This document shows positions 12,531-25,925 of a DNA stretch of 64,000 nucleotides, piece by piece (positions within the stretch are counted from its first letter, which is position 1; each line of letters begins with the position of its first letter). The position numbers and the translations under genes were made by a program. The notes beneath the pieces were generated by a model. The model made no database searches. It saw only the letters and a list, made by a program, of their open reading frames with translations, and was not told the origin of the DNA. Origin of the DNA: Phoronis australis (taxonomy: Eukaryota > Animalia > Phoronida); assembly GCA_002633005.1 (NCBI GenBank), contig NMRA01000093.1, forward strand, positions 249,441 through 313,440. The letters run 5' to 3'.

Positions 12531-12939
12531 ATGCGTAAAAATTGAAAACTTGTCATTGCTGTTTTCATCTGCGGATATTAGGTCTATTAAACTCGCCAGA
12601 CGGTCCAAAGCGACACCTGGAGCGGTCCATCCCCAGCCGCCCTTAACTGGGGCACGTCGCCTCAACGCATGTCACTGTTGTGACCGTTACTAGAAAACGT
12701 TTTCGATCTTTGTTAATGACGCAATAAGAAACACAAGTCAATCGAACATAAGATTTTGTCTAGACAGTGAACTGCCAATACAATAGACAGACGTATAAGT
12801 AGGGTTTTTTGAGAATTCATTCAATGCTCATACTGCCTGACCACTGTCCTGGTTCTGTGCCTTTTAGGGGGTGAAGGCAGGGCTGGAGGTTTATTCCTCG
12901 TAAATTTAGAACTGACTGGATGGAGTCTTCCAGACAGCT

Positions 12940-13170
12940 CACGTAAAGAATTGCTGCTTGTTCCACTTATTCTAGAGTATAAAGTAATTACCTTAACAGT
13001 CCCTTACGCAATGTTCCAGATGCCTCACCTAAAGAATTGCACCATGTTCCACTTATTTTAGAGTATAAATTGATTACCTAGGCAGTCCTTTGCAAGTTTC
13101 GCTTGATTAAGCATCTGTTCCTGAACAGTCTCTTGCAAGTCTCACAAAGCTTGATGAACTATCTGTTCCT
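12940..13170. repeat. Short diverged tandem duplications (~86-bp pair, then ~45-bp pair)
   Basis: TAAAGAATTGC...TGTTCCACTTATT.TAGAGTATAAA occurs twice; GCTTGAT...ATCTGTTCCTG occurs twice. Confidence 0.7.
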
Positions 13171-13185
13171 GCAGCGCTAGTTTTT

Positions 13186-13798
13186 AACAAGAGAACTTAT
13201 ACGGAAGCCTAACCCCTGACCTATGGCGAGTACCAACGTGTCGCCGAAACTCATTGCAATGAAACGTTTCGACTTAGAAAAATCTCGAGCTCACCAGAAC
13301 TCGAACCTGGAATCTTGAATCTGCTGATCTGTAGTCATGCGCCAAGTCCACTGAGCAACGATCCCTACTTATGAAAGTGTGAAATTCAAACGAGAAATCT
13401 TAAATGACATAACTTTTGGACAATGGAAACAATCGACTTCGCAGGGAGGCGAGTTTGTCGTAATCGTGTGACCCGCGAAGATCAATTCCATACAACGAGG
13501 GAAACTTTTAATAACATTTTAGATTTGTTGAACATTTTGTTGTTACACGGAACAGTACTCTCCTGACTTGGTCCGTTGACCAGTTCTGTAGTGTGACACA
13601 ATTTGATGTACACTGTAAGGGACATTTGTTAACGTGCCTGGTTTCAAGAGAGAAAAAACTGCTAAACAACATGTTGCGGAAATCGACGACATTTCGCGAA
13701 TCCGCTCAAAATAGTTTGACAAAGGGAACATTTGAGCAGAAGTTATCAAAAGTAGAAATAGTCGCACAGCATTGCTTTTGATGCCCGATACTACAATT
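13186..13798 (+). mobile_element. Candidate Helentron-associated (HINE/DINE-like) non-autonomous repeat
   Basis: Starts AACAAGAG after a T-run and ends with a short hairpin (GCATTGCTTTTGATGC). The 3' part is homologous to ~17250-17340. The family label is inference. Confidence 0.4.
13287..13365 (-). mobile_element. tRNA-derived SINE head
   Basis: Minus strand GGGATCGTTGCTCAGTGG (A-box) ... CAGGTTCGAGTTCTG (B-box). Confidence 0.6.
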
Positions 13799-14105
13799 TA
13801 ATGCCAAGTTTGCCTTATTTTACTATTATTTATTTTTTAACGTGGGCGGGGCTTCAGAGAAAAGCTCAATATATCAACAGTGAGTACCCATAATGCATCA
13901 ATCATCTGACAGTCACTACGGTGGCCATTTTAACTGGTGGCGCACCAGCAAAAATAACAATTATAAACTAAAAAATATTAAATTCAGTTAAGTTTAAAAA
14001 AATTTGGAGTTGTGTTGAATGAGTTACTTGGGCTAACATCCGTTCTATGAATTTTTTTACTAAAATGAAGCAAAACAGTATCTTTATAACACTGAGCTAT
14101 AGTTC

Positions 14106-14406
14106 CAGTGGCGGATTTAGGGGGGCCAAGGGCCCATGGCCCCCTCCTAAAATTCTCCCAAATAGCATTTGGCAGTTTGGGGTGCGAATGTCTGACTTAT
14201 GCGCGCACCCAAGGGCCTCGGGGGGCGAATGCACAATATATAGGTCTTGAACAAACCCCGTTTACCGTTTTTTTAGTAATAAGGTCCACGAACCAAAAAT
14301 TCCAGATCCCCGCATCCCTACAACTTAGGCTGGGTGCGCGCAAATGGTGAAATTCTGGTTATTCCTGTGTCCTGCCCCCCAACTCAAAATCCTGGATGCG
14401 CCCCTG
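14106..14406. mobile_element. CAG(T/G)GGCG-type MITE with 5-bp TSD, inserted in a tRNA/SINE A-box
   Basis: Ends CAGTGGCGGATTTAG / CTGGATGCGCCCCTG; TSD AGTTC at 14101-14105 and 14407-14411. A reverse-orientation relative lies at 42075-42353. Confidence 0.85.
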
Positions 14407-17400
14407 AGTTCAGTTAGTAGAGCGTTTCGGCTAAGACACGACACTTTCACGTTCGAGGCTTATCGCAGAAAATCAAATTCTGTTCGATTATGTCACTGCA
14501 AAAGTACTCTATAATACGATGAATGATACTCTATAATATACACGTAACTTATTGTCAGAATCCACCAGGGTTCACTGCATCATCAAAAGCCATTTGATTG
14601 AATATAGAAGTACATTTAGTTTCGATTAAAGAATGCCTTTAGCTGAACCAACTTATTCTTTAAAATGTTGTTTATTCTGACGTGAAACAAATTTCATTTT
14701 ATGACTTCAATTAACTGTAACAAAACATTCCAAGTAATTTGTATTCCGAAAATTCATGTGGCTGGGTAACACAATAATTGTCTTGTAATTAATGCCTTTG
14801 TAGCTGGAGAGCCGGGTGTCGCCCCTTAGTGAGGGTCATTATTCGTATTCTGATGTCCATTGTGACATCTACTTTAGGTATTTGTTGGCTACTCATTGAT
14901 AGGCAAATGACCATGTGGGTTCTGAGGAGACCGCGTGATTTGAGTCAGTCTTTTATCGGAGTTCGTGAAATGTGTTTGTATCGTTGATATACTGTACTTA
15001 CAAGCCATGAATAAACTGCAGTCACTGGTCTTATTATTTTCTTGCGAATCGCGAACCCGAGTGGCACCCTCGTCTCTTTAGAAACAAATGGGTTGGGCAC
15101 ACTTGGTCGCGTAGCCTTTCTTGTACTCAAAGAATAACACAAATTCTTGTATTATCGGATATGCCCTCACTTTTAACAGGAACTTAACTGCGTTTGCGGA
15201 AACTCTCGACCTTAAAAGTGTTGGTTTCAAAATAAGACCCGGTCACGACTACAAACATTCGTGAATTAGTTCCGTTCTCATATAGCGTTTCTAAAACCAA
15301 GGACTGTGAACTTGTGTGGTTCCATGGATTGACCAATAGATTTTTTTAGTTTTTTCCATGGTATGGGGAATAAACATGTATCACAGCAACAAAATACCAA
15401 GTCGACCAAGCGGTCATCTGAACTTGTGAGCAAAGTTGCGTAGAAACATGAAAAGCCTTTTGTATCATTCATTGAGAAAAACTTTAAAACATCATTTGAA
15501 CAAAATTATTTGAACTTTATGAACTCAGTGCGTTTGATGAGTACTTCACATTTTACGAGCAAATGATGACATCTCGTACTTTCTCATTTCTCACCGCCTA
15601 CGTTTACGGTTGGTTCCATTGTTTTTTGCCCCTGCTAATTCGTTCAAGGAGAAAGCTCTTAAACAACTAAGCCTGCATATAGGTGGAGATGATTAGGCTG
15701 TTCCGCAGTTTGATCAACTAATAGAAAATTCTCATCATCCCTCTTCATAATCTCAAAAGCAGATTGTGTGTTTGAGATAAGGATCTTACGACAGAAAAAT
15801 AATCCTCATTGTAGATGACAATGCAGCTAATGGTGACAAGGCAGTGACCGTTGATGTGGTGAATGCTTACACAAGAAATCGCACGTCTCCAGGAACGTAG
15901 AAAACTATAGCTACAATAAAATGTACCACAAGGCAGTGACGTACACCAGAGAGATGTTGTGACTGCACTCAAGGGAATGAGTGCCTTCACGTGCATTCCT
16001 CATTTCTACACTACTACAGCCAATTAGCGGCGATTTGTTGAATAAGTGAGAAGGACGCCGTTAAAAACACGACTCAACTGTCTACGAAGGGCTGATACCG
16101 AACTGTGCTAAGTGAGAATTAAGGAGTACACGGTTCTAAAATGCGAGACTTCAAGATAGTCTTTCCTTTGCATTAACCAATTTGGAATGCATGATGACTT
16201 TAGTCAGTCGAAAGAAATTATTAAACTACAAACATTTCGTAACGTTTAGCCCTGTTTGTGTTTGCCTTATTAGACTATTGAATTAGATTTCATTTGTTTA
16301 TAAAATAGGCAGGTTTTCCGCAGAAAGCTCATTACTTATGGCGGCGGTTATGTGAGTACCCGTAAAACAAGATTTAGCTGCACCATCAAAATAAAAACAA
16401 ATAACTAAAATCAAACTAAATTCAATTTTTTTGCAAATTGCGTTGAAAGAGCATTATTTGGGCTTAGGTTTCGAATGAACTTATTTGCGTTTTGAAGAGG
16501 GTAGAGTATCTTTAAGTGTGATGAACGCCCTATAATTGTTTCATTGAGTCAGAATACTTTTTGTACATGTATGGAGCAACACTTAGATAAACCGAATCAA
16601 AATTACGAAGTGATGTCGACTACAAAAGCAGTAACATCAGAACATCACAAGATTTTCACAAGGTAAACAGATACGAAATTCGCCGCAAAAGTGCAGCAAT
16701 GGCTTAGTAAACAGAAGACGAGTCATCTGACCAGCAAATCTCCAAAATGTCGAGAACGGCAAGCTGGAACGAGAAACATATGGCTCAATGCCGACAATTT
16801 TGATGAGATCTTTCCATATTCAAAATCTCAAAAAATTCGTCAAAGATCAATGAGACAGCTCCGCATATTAAAAATGACCGTCTCAGTGCCATCTTTCGTC
16901 CAATTTCGACAAAAATAAAGATTTCACATGAATTAGACGAAAATGCGACCTGTAACCCAATTCCGTGAGGAAGTAGTTTATAAAAGAACTGCCATTTAAC
17001 CAGTTAATCTCGGATATCTCGAGAGCGGCAAGTTGGAGCGAGAAAGTGATGAGTCACGCAGATAGCTCATGACAAGATCTATCTGAATGTCAAATTCCGT
17101 AAAGAACCGTCGAGGAACCCCAGATATACTGCTACACAAAGCGAAACACCGACTAATGGCCGCCACATCGCTATCTTGAGACCGATTTGCCCAAAAAAGT
17201 CAGACACTACCTGGCTCACCAAGAACATGGCATTGAAAACGACAACTCCTTGTATCCACTCAAAAATAGTTTGGGAACAGAAATGAAGTCCAGTTGCAAA
17301 AGCAGAAATGGTCGTTTATTTTGATGCTTGATATTAAAAGTGTAAGGACTTTCTTATCTCGTCTAAACATGCCGCATGTGGAGACAATATGATCGAATAA

Positions 17401-18747
17401 GCTGCTGCACTCTACTGATGGCTTTTGAAGTAAATGCTGAAAGCTATAAGCCTCAAGCTATTAAGGATACACAGGCTGTAACAAAGACACAAGACGACTA
17501 AGAGAGTTTTCTTTCGTAAACTAATGAATTTGCTAAAACGAAAGAAATTAGAGTGTTTTGGATAACCGTCTTTATCAACCTTTGCTATCATTAGTCTTAT
17601 CCGTGGACCAAAATCTCGAAATGTCGGGTTCAGACTCGGACTGACGGACGGACTGACGTCACTGAGTTCAATACGAAACTGGCCACCCTCCCTCTGGATC
17701 CGCGAAAAAACGGCCGTAAAAAATAGAAGACCTCTAATCTAAACAGAGGGCCGGTGCACTATCTGGGACCAAGGCGGTGCCGAAACGGGCGTAACGAAGG
17801 TCTGTAGTGGAGGAGGGGAGGCGGAGTTTGTGTCAACTATGCATTTTAATTTTCTACCACGGGTACCAGTGAAGGTTTTACTGCAACTATCGGTCGTTCT
17901 GTGATTGCTGTTATCTTGAGGTGACGCAGCGTGGCGCGAAAAGGCTACTTCAAGTATCACTCAGGCTGAAGCTACTTAAGTTTGAGTTTAAATCGCATTT
18001 CTTGTGTTTGTAAAACATTCCCAGGAATGTTTGGATTATCACATACATCCAGAATAACAATCACCTGTTCGAGGAAGACATAGGCGCAAACTATATAATT
18101 CATTACGTTTGTGTCACAGGAAAAAGGTGAGAACTGCATTTGATTCCCGCGCAAAGCATTTCAACAGTAGCTTGGATAATTTTGTTCAAAAGTACTTCAA
18201 TGTTCTCACGTGCATGCGTTTTCTTTTGCTTTTTTCGCATAAGTCACCGACATTCGGTTTTCCCGGCTGTTGGACTACGTGACCTTGACGTAGGCTGTCT
18301 TACTCGCAAGGTCATATTGCCCGCCACGTAATCTTAAAGTTCAGACACCATATCCAACAACATAGTACTTTGATATTAGTTACCACTCAAAGAACGGCAC
18401 AAGTTCACAGTTACAATAGTTAGATTAACGGGTTTTCAACACTGATTTGCCCATTCAATAAAGCGTGTTATGTATAGCCTTAAACACGCCGCACAGTGGC
18501 AGGGACTGTTCGATTTTAGAAACTCGGCGAAGGATTTCAATCCGTCAATGTATCAAAGATTGTAAACATTATAAGGCTTTAAAACAATTGATGTTTACGC
18601 TCAATGCCAAGTTATTTCTGGAAGACGGAGACGAGGAATGCAATACCACCGGCTGTTGTACGAATTAGCTCGGCATTTCCTAGCAAAAACTTGATTTCCT
18701 TCCCGAATCCTTATTGCACCGAGGTTGCTTCTCCAATGTGTGTTGTT

Positions 18748-19247
18748 AAACGAGTACCTTTCTGTGAGCTGAAATGTAGCCTACTTATTCAACGCGTACT
18801 ATTTCTTAGTCAACGCGCAGAATTGTCTCTTCAGCTATTACCCCTCTGTGTTTATTCAAAGCGCTCAATTGCTTATTAATCAGTTCGGCTACATTTCGTC
18901 TGCGCCGCCTCCTCTCTGCGCTTCGTGCAGATTGTAAACTTGCCTTTTAGTGAATATAATTCAGTGAAAAAGCAATTTTGCGCGTTGAGTAAGCTATTCT
19001 ACGCGTTGAGAAAGCAATTCTGCGCGTTGAGTAAGCAATTCTGCATGTTGAATAAGGGCAGAAAGATAATCTTTCAACAACCAATTCAGCGCGTTGAATA
19101 ACTAACTCAGCGCGTTGAATAACTAACTCAGCGCGTTGAATAACTAACTCAGCGCGTTGATTTGCCGCAATATTGCGCGTAGAATAAGCACCGTTCAAGT
19201 CCACGCGCAAAAAGGTACTCGTTTTGGAACCCTTTGACGCTTCATAC
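18748..19247. mobile_element. Foldback element with 21-bp subterminal repeats
   Basis: AAACGAGTACCTTT (18748) vs AAAGGTACTCGTTT (19211-19224). Arrays of TCAACGCG (left) and GCGCGTTGA (right) motifs; source of the IQRAELV ORF. Confidence 0.8.
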
Positions 19248-22200
19248 TAATGTGGTTCCACTATTGGCGCCTCTTTTTCTTACATACACCCAGGAGATCA
19301 GCCCCGGTATGCATTCACCGCTTCTATAATCTACTACACTCTGCCCGCGTCAGTCATTTTTGCTGCGCTTAGCAATGAACAGCTGTCGAGGCTAACGACT
19401 CGATTTCAGTTAACTCCCACAACCGGGTTTACTGTTTTGTAGCTCTCCCCAAAATAACTCATAAATTGTGTTTTTCGGACGTATACCTACGTTTTCTTCT
19501 CTTTAAGATAAACACTGACAAATTTCACTTTTATTGTCTGAACCACAAAGATAACTCGTGAAATTTTGAATCCTAGACACGGTAAAGTCGCTGCAATGAT
19601 TCAAGTGATATTATACATCGGCATCTTTTCTTCCGTTGGGTGTCGTGCCTTACGCATGATATCGGATGGCAAAAAATTCTTCAGTGTCATTTTTTCAACT
19701 TAAACAAAATGAACTAGACAAAAACCAATTTAAGCCCGACTATAACTAAATTATACTGATTGAGAGACATTCTTGGGGGAGTTAATCATTCGCTTATCGA
19801 TACACTAATGGTCTTTATTTCGCGCTTTGGAATATCTCTATTTACATCACCAAATTCCGTAGGTGACGGAGGTTCTTTAATTAAAATCATTTATCTCTAC
19901 AGATAACCAGGGTGTTCATTCCAGCGTACCATGCACGTACGTTACATGTTCCGCGATTACATTGCTCCTAATACACATTTAGTTTGGTGAGAGTTCAGTA
20001 AAGGGTCAGACCCAAATCGGAGGGAACAGACGATATGAAAAAAACTTACAGTCTGCCTTCTGTTGAGCACTTTGTGCGACTAAATTCGCACCCTAACCAG
20101 CACGCGTTTGGAGTGTGCGGCCGAATCAAGGGAAAATTCAACTGGCATCGCTCCTGCCCAGGTACGAGTTGATGGAACAGAGTGTCCTCTTGTGTTGTTG
20201 CGTACGATACGTAGGAGCTCTGTCGACTATAGAGATCAGCATTACACAATAAAAAGGCCCGTTGGCTGACACGAACGTGAGCTGTCTGAAGTGCTGTCAG
20301 ATTGACTTCACGCGCCGGTGGGAATGGGTTGCCGTCGGGTCCGTCCCGGCAATACCCACCGACTACGGGCTCAGTGGAGTTCACCAATGTATACGATTAT
20401 ACAGTAATAAGTCGCCAGCGTCCACTAGTTTTCATCCACATACGTATATCCAAATAAACATGGACAAATATTATATCCGATTATCTCATGTATAACCGTG
20501 TTACTGCTATAACATACTGTACACTGTAGAGCCTACAAAATACTATAAACGTGGCAACCACACCACCAATTGAGGTAGTGGAATTTATCTTTAAAATTCA
20601 TACATTCGTTGCCATTGTTAGAGTAATGTACAGTAGAAGAAGTCAAAGCAATATTTCACATAACACTAATCATTTTGTTGTAAATTTGTACATTAACAAC
20701 ATGCATGCTATGTTTTGAGGATTTGAAACAGTTTTAAAGTTCGTAAATAACACAGTTTTCGGCATCTCAATACTCTTGTTATTCTTGACCGTCGTTACTG
20801 GACTTGAAGTCGAGCTTGTGTTATCCGCATGAAGTGGGTCGCGAATTCGGGATTGAGGTTTCGTGAGATGGTGTAAGGAGAAAATCAAGTGAAGAGCGAG
20901 TTGATAGGATTTCGCCCAGTGAGTATACTCTTTGCTGTTACATGTTTATCTTATGGAGGACAGTCGATTGTATGGTTCCACCCATTTCCCCAAATAAATT
21001 CCACAAATTTCCCTCGGAGGACTGCACACGTAAAATGTCGAAATTACTGTTCTGGGAATATTTCGTTTGAATTTACCCAAATTAATTAAAGAGCTTTATA
21101 AGCCCTTGTATTTTTTTCCAAAAAAACTGCAAGCGGTGCGTTACTTATTCGGTTCGTGATAACCTAGTTCGTGTTACACGGTAATCCTTTAATCGGGAGC
21201 TAAGGCACTTGTTTTCGGGTGAGGTCCGATTAAACACATCGAAGGAGTTGTACACCTCATTAAATATTGAATTACATTGTAATTCTCTTTGAAAAGACCA
21301 CTTCCATTTATATTTACAGTTCAGTTCAAACATGTATGGTAGTTGTTTATGGCGACCACTGCTCATTGTATCGCTTTATTTGTCGGAGAAGTTGAAGGTA
21401 CTTTACATAGCTTTTTGACAGGATTGTTTAAATAATACATCAAATGAATTTTACCGAAACTATTACCTGTAGATTTTGTGTATTTGTCAAATGTCTTAAC
21501 GCTATGGAGCATTTGATAAACATATATGCATAAGATAATGGATTACAACGATTTCAAAGTACTGATCAAAAGTGAAATCTGGCTTTGGCTCAAATCTGCC
21601 CAAGCTGTACTACGTGTAATTTGTTTACTAAAATATGAATGAGTTACCTATATTCTTTTTACTTTGACTTGTTCTGCTCTCAAAGAATACGGAACCTATT
21701 TGGGTATTTTACAAAATAATTAATTCGTTTTTGCGTTACATGTAAAACTGTTCACAAGCAATTATGTCGGTTGTTAAGGACATGCTTCACATATGTCCAT
21801 TGATTTTAGATTCTCTGTCAATGGTATCTTGCAACTAAAACCAGTATAGTGTGTAACAAAAGAAATGAAATTACTGCTTATGCAAATGAATATTACTTAC
21901 CGTATGTGATAAATTGCTATTAAGTATGGTTCACTAAGTACAAATAGTTCCGACAAGTCAGCTTTAGTCCTTGAAGCACTGCTATCCTGATGCGTCTGTT
22001 TCTGTCTCTTTTGTTCATATGATTCTTGGATAAATACTTCTCTGTTTATATGTTACGAAAGTAAGCTTTGTTTGCATGGGACCATGTCAACTACACGAAA
22101 CTTGTAAACCTACGATAACCTGACAACTCCTACGCTTCCGATACGCACACCCAGCAACTTCAGCGAATCTCGCGCCTTTAAACTCGTGCGTTCGTGAAAA

Positions 22201-22699
22201 TTTTATGGAGAGTAACTGAGTTTTAGGAAAATGTGTCCATTCCTTAGACATCCCATTTTGCACTGTCTTCGTCGTTGTTGTTGATGCATGGTGAAGGTGC
22301 TTTTGTTGTGGTTGGTTGTCCTGTAGTTGATATTATTTGAGCCGAACGCCCACAGAGGACACTCGGCCAATTGGTTTTACCGGAACCAGCTGTGTGTTGG
22401 AAACATTTGAAACTTCGAGGCCGTTTCCACGGAATATCTGAAAATCTGTTACTGACCGAAACCTAAGCTTCAGAATATAACAGTGATCGTACTTCGCAGA
22501 ACCCTATTGATTTTTTGTGAAATAGGCACGTGGCAGCTTCTGTTTGATGACGTTTCTAGTTTGTCGATGTTTCTATTGACGACATAGCTGTACTCGTATT
22601 GTGTTAGTACATCACGAAGTCACTTCACTTCTTAGGGCGTGTATTAGAGAATTTTCATCTCCCTATGTAATGCTTGGATCCTTGCGTTTTACCGTGGTG

Positions 22700-23330
22700 T
22701 TCAATGTATTAATCATGACCATGTTCGCCCACTCCTAAAAAAAGTTCTACGCTTGTCTCGGTGGACCTGAACAGTTTCCGCCCCATTTCTAACCTTCCAT
22801 TTCTACCCAGCAACGATCTTTTTGAACACATGCCGTCTGAAAATAAGTGCAATCACTGAACTATGGCGTTCTGTTGCTGGTTACTAATGACATCCAGTGT
22901 GACTTGTATCGAAAGCTGCTTGACAATTTTGATATGTTCGCTGCTTTCGAAATTGTTGATCACCGGTACTTGCTGTAGACATTGCGGCGAAACTACGGCA
23001 TAAGAGTTGTCGTCCTCTCGAGTTTGAGCTCGTATTGCTTTTTTCAAGTATTTATTGATGGAGAGTTCTCAAGGTAGTTCCACCGATGCGTGGTGCCCCC
23101 AGGGATCAGGCGTAAGTCATAATATCTTTCTATATTCATTCGGCTATTGACACTTTGAAAACTTTATGGTTAGACTACATTACCACTCTTGTGTGGACGC
23201 GTCCTGAATTTATTTTTGATTTGACAGTAGCAAGTATGCTGACCCTGGTCATTGAACCTCCAAAATTATAAAAACTGCTTTAAATAGATGTTGTAAAAAT
23301 GGGGTTTTCTTAAACTCAGTGAAATCGAAA
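22700..23330 (+). mobile_element. Decayed LINE reverse transcriptase, L2/CR1 group
   Basis: Manual translation across stops and frameshifts: HVRPLLKK..DLNSFRPISNLPFL, LLLVTNDI, DMFAAFEIVDHRYLL, YGIR, VPQGS, YHSCVDAS*IY (the YADD position). Not visible in the ORF track. Confidence 0.85.
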
Positions 23331-24949
23331 CTGATTATTCCAGGACATCATCACTACAGATCTGCACAATGTGTCAGAGTTTTCCATACACACGTCACAT
23401 CCGGTCTGGACTATTGTCCTCCCAATCCTTACTCACAGCAAAACAGGTACTAAGCAAACCAGTCTCCAACAGAAATATTACCACTTACATCCATTCTTCC
23501 CGGTCGTCATTGCCAGTCTAGCACCGCATCAACTTCGAATTGATGCTACTTTCAGTGGCGGGTTTAGTGAGGTCAAAAGGGCTATACCCCTAATTTTGTG
23601 CCAAATAGTGGCCCCTGCTGAGACTTGAAAACTTTGACATATTAGTGGCCAAGACAAATACACACGTCGTGCTTGATGAGTCTTGGCGTCTGATAGCTCT
23701 CAACTCAACACATTTTCAAAGTCCTTGAAGACCACAGAAACTCACCTGCTTCACGTGTACGAAAATAAGAGTTTGTAGTAACGTGGCCGGTTTTCCATAG
23801 AGCATCGTGATTTTTTACGGAGATCGGCCAATTTTAAAGTTCGCTTTCTTTATTGTACTTGCTACAGAATGACGATGTCTTGACATTTCTGTCACGCGTT
23901 TTACGAGGGTACTTGGCGGCCAAAAAGGAAGACGTCCCGGCGAGTTTTCATTGTTTGATAACAAACACAAATACACACGCAGTCAAAAAATATTGCAACG
24001 AGTCGAAGCTGGGATGTATAAATCATAAAACTTTAACATGTCTGTCGCTGGCTTCTGCTTTCATGTGGCTGCACTTGATTGACTTGGCCAGTTTTGGCAG
24101 GCCAATAAGCAAAGACATCTGGTTGATTCTCGATGACGACTTGCGACTTACGAGCAATGAGAAGTCTTAGTGGGTTGACCCTGCGTTATAGGCGAATTCA
24201 TTCAGCCATACTGTACACAGACAGGGCAGAAGGCAGAGGACAGCGATTTGATGCACGAGGTCGGATATTCAACATGGCTCTCGATATATATTTGCATCGT
24301 CACTTTAATCAGTTCATGGCAATTTAAATGACATTTGTCATTTAAAAACATTTTAGATTTTTGTTACTGTAGATGTACTGTAGCATCGGGATAGTCCTAG
24401 CATTGCTTTAGGCTAGCAACAAAAACACGCAGTCATTTCAATTAGAACACGAGATTGTCTCCTAGAAAATCATGACAAACAACTGCCGACAGAAGTTCTT
24501 CTGAACGTACGCTGGCAACTGCGGTAGAAATATTTATCTGTTGCAGGTACCAGCTAGAATATATCAAATAGAATGCCCATGTGTGCGGATTTTGTTTGTA
24601 CCTGTTTAAATTAGCGTAGAACACGTCACCGACACCGAGAGAAGTCAAATCTAATTCGCACCAACCAATCACTTGGGGTGACACGCTTGTAAAAATATCC
24701 CGTACTATATCGCGTGTTTTCATACAGATTTCAGTATTAATTTCATTTATTCATAAGTAAAGATTCTTAGTAAGAATTACAGGTAGGTCACTTCTTTACA
24801 TTTTCGGCTAGATTTAGTGATTTTGCTCGTGCCCAACTGGTCTTGCTATAAGTTGCTGTTTTCGAGGGAAAGTCAACGCGACGAAGAGACATGAACTACG
24901 AGGCAAGACAAGTAATCTGTCCATAAACCAGTATTTACAAGGCTCGTCG

Positions 24950-25700
24950 CACAAGTCAATAGACAAAGAAAGGAGTGTTTATGTGACTAAGGAAATAATG
25001 AGCCCCATATATTTTCTTGGTGGATGCCCGTAATGAGACATCCAAATCACTTATAAAGTTACCATTAGAACCCGACGGCGAATTCGGATGAAATACTCGG
25101 CGACGTGGCATCGAGGTTTCCGTTCCAGTAACATTTGCACAATGATAACCCGAATTTTATGGTAGTGTATTTGCAATAATTGAAGAAATCAATGAAGACA
25201 TGCGAATTATATGTGGGAATTTCAATTTATTCCTGAGTCAAAAACTGGACGCCTACAATTATAGATTTTGTAATAATCCAAATACTAACAGCTTTGAAGG
25301 GAATTGTTAACATTTTGTCAATTGCGACCCATTTTGAGAATGATGTCCTTCAAAGAAAAGGTTTGCTTGGTGAAGAAAAAATCAGTTAAGCAAGAAAGGC
25401 TTACCTTTATCGGCAGTGCGCCCAAAAGATCACATCATCCAGGGATTTTGTTCAGTCTAAAATTTAGACTCTGGAAATTTAATAATTCACTTTTAAGCGC
25501 CAAATATTCTCTAAGCACTATCCGAGATATTATCAAAAACGTAAAAAACAATATTCAGTCCCGGCAAACAATTAGGACGGAATACCTAACATATAATATA
25601 TTCAATTTGAAATAAATAGTAATTTTTTGTGGATGGTCTGTTAATGAAAGTAAGAAAAAATACTATTTTTAATCCACAGAAAATAAACAAGAAAAGGAAA
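24950..25700 (+). mobile_element. Decayed LINE APE endonuclease region, L1/Tx1-like
   Basis: Motifs NDNPNF, IICGNFNLFLSQKLDAYNY...NNPN (GDFN), DPF..CPSKKRFAW, KQERL, RSHH (SDH), LWKFNNSLL. Confidence 0.8.
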
Positions 25701-25747
25701 CTGAGTATTTAGAAACAACATAACCGTGAATTTATAGTTTCTTACAA

Positions 25748-25925
25748 TGTTATGGAACTTTTCACCAATTCAAGCGAATTCTAGAACCTTCTGGAATCTA
25801 CCCAATCATTCTACAAACCCATATTAGGCTCCAGAATATTCCAGACTATGGCTCTATATTAATCACTAACATACTGGAATCTTCTAGAATGTTCCCTATT
25901 ATTCTAAAATGTAAAACATATTACA
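25748..25925. promoter_or_regulatory. Heat-shock element cluster in a short TG...CA-bounded, LTR-like segment
   Basis: aTTCt-aGAAc-cTTCt-gGAAt (25778-25797), gGAAt-cTTCt-aGAAt-gTTCc (25876-25895), and an imperfect third array at ~25828-25847. Ends TGTTATG...CATATTACA; no TSD seen. Confidence 0.55.

Noticed and set aside
12116-12693. Overlapping ORFs with a CxxC-like motif (VCDPCF)
   Set aside because: Explained by a degenerate palindrome; no coherent domain.
13287-13365. tRNA genes here and at 6443-6515, 14094-14470 and 59640-59710
   Set aside because: A/B boxes are present, but acceptor and anticodon stems do not form a canonical cloverleaf; treated as SINE heads.
18947-19210. IQRAELV repeat ORF
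   Set aside because: Translation of the 21-bp subterminal repeats of a foldback element.
23853-24723. 105-aa and 93-aa ORFs between the two LINE remnants
   Set aside because: No recognisable motif or convincing splice structure; lengths are compatible with chance.
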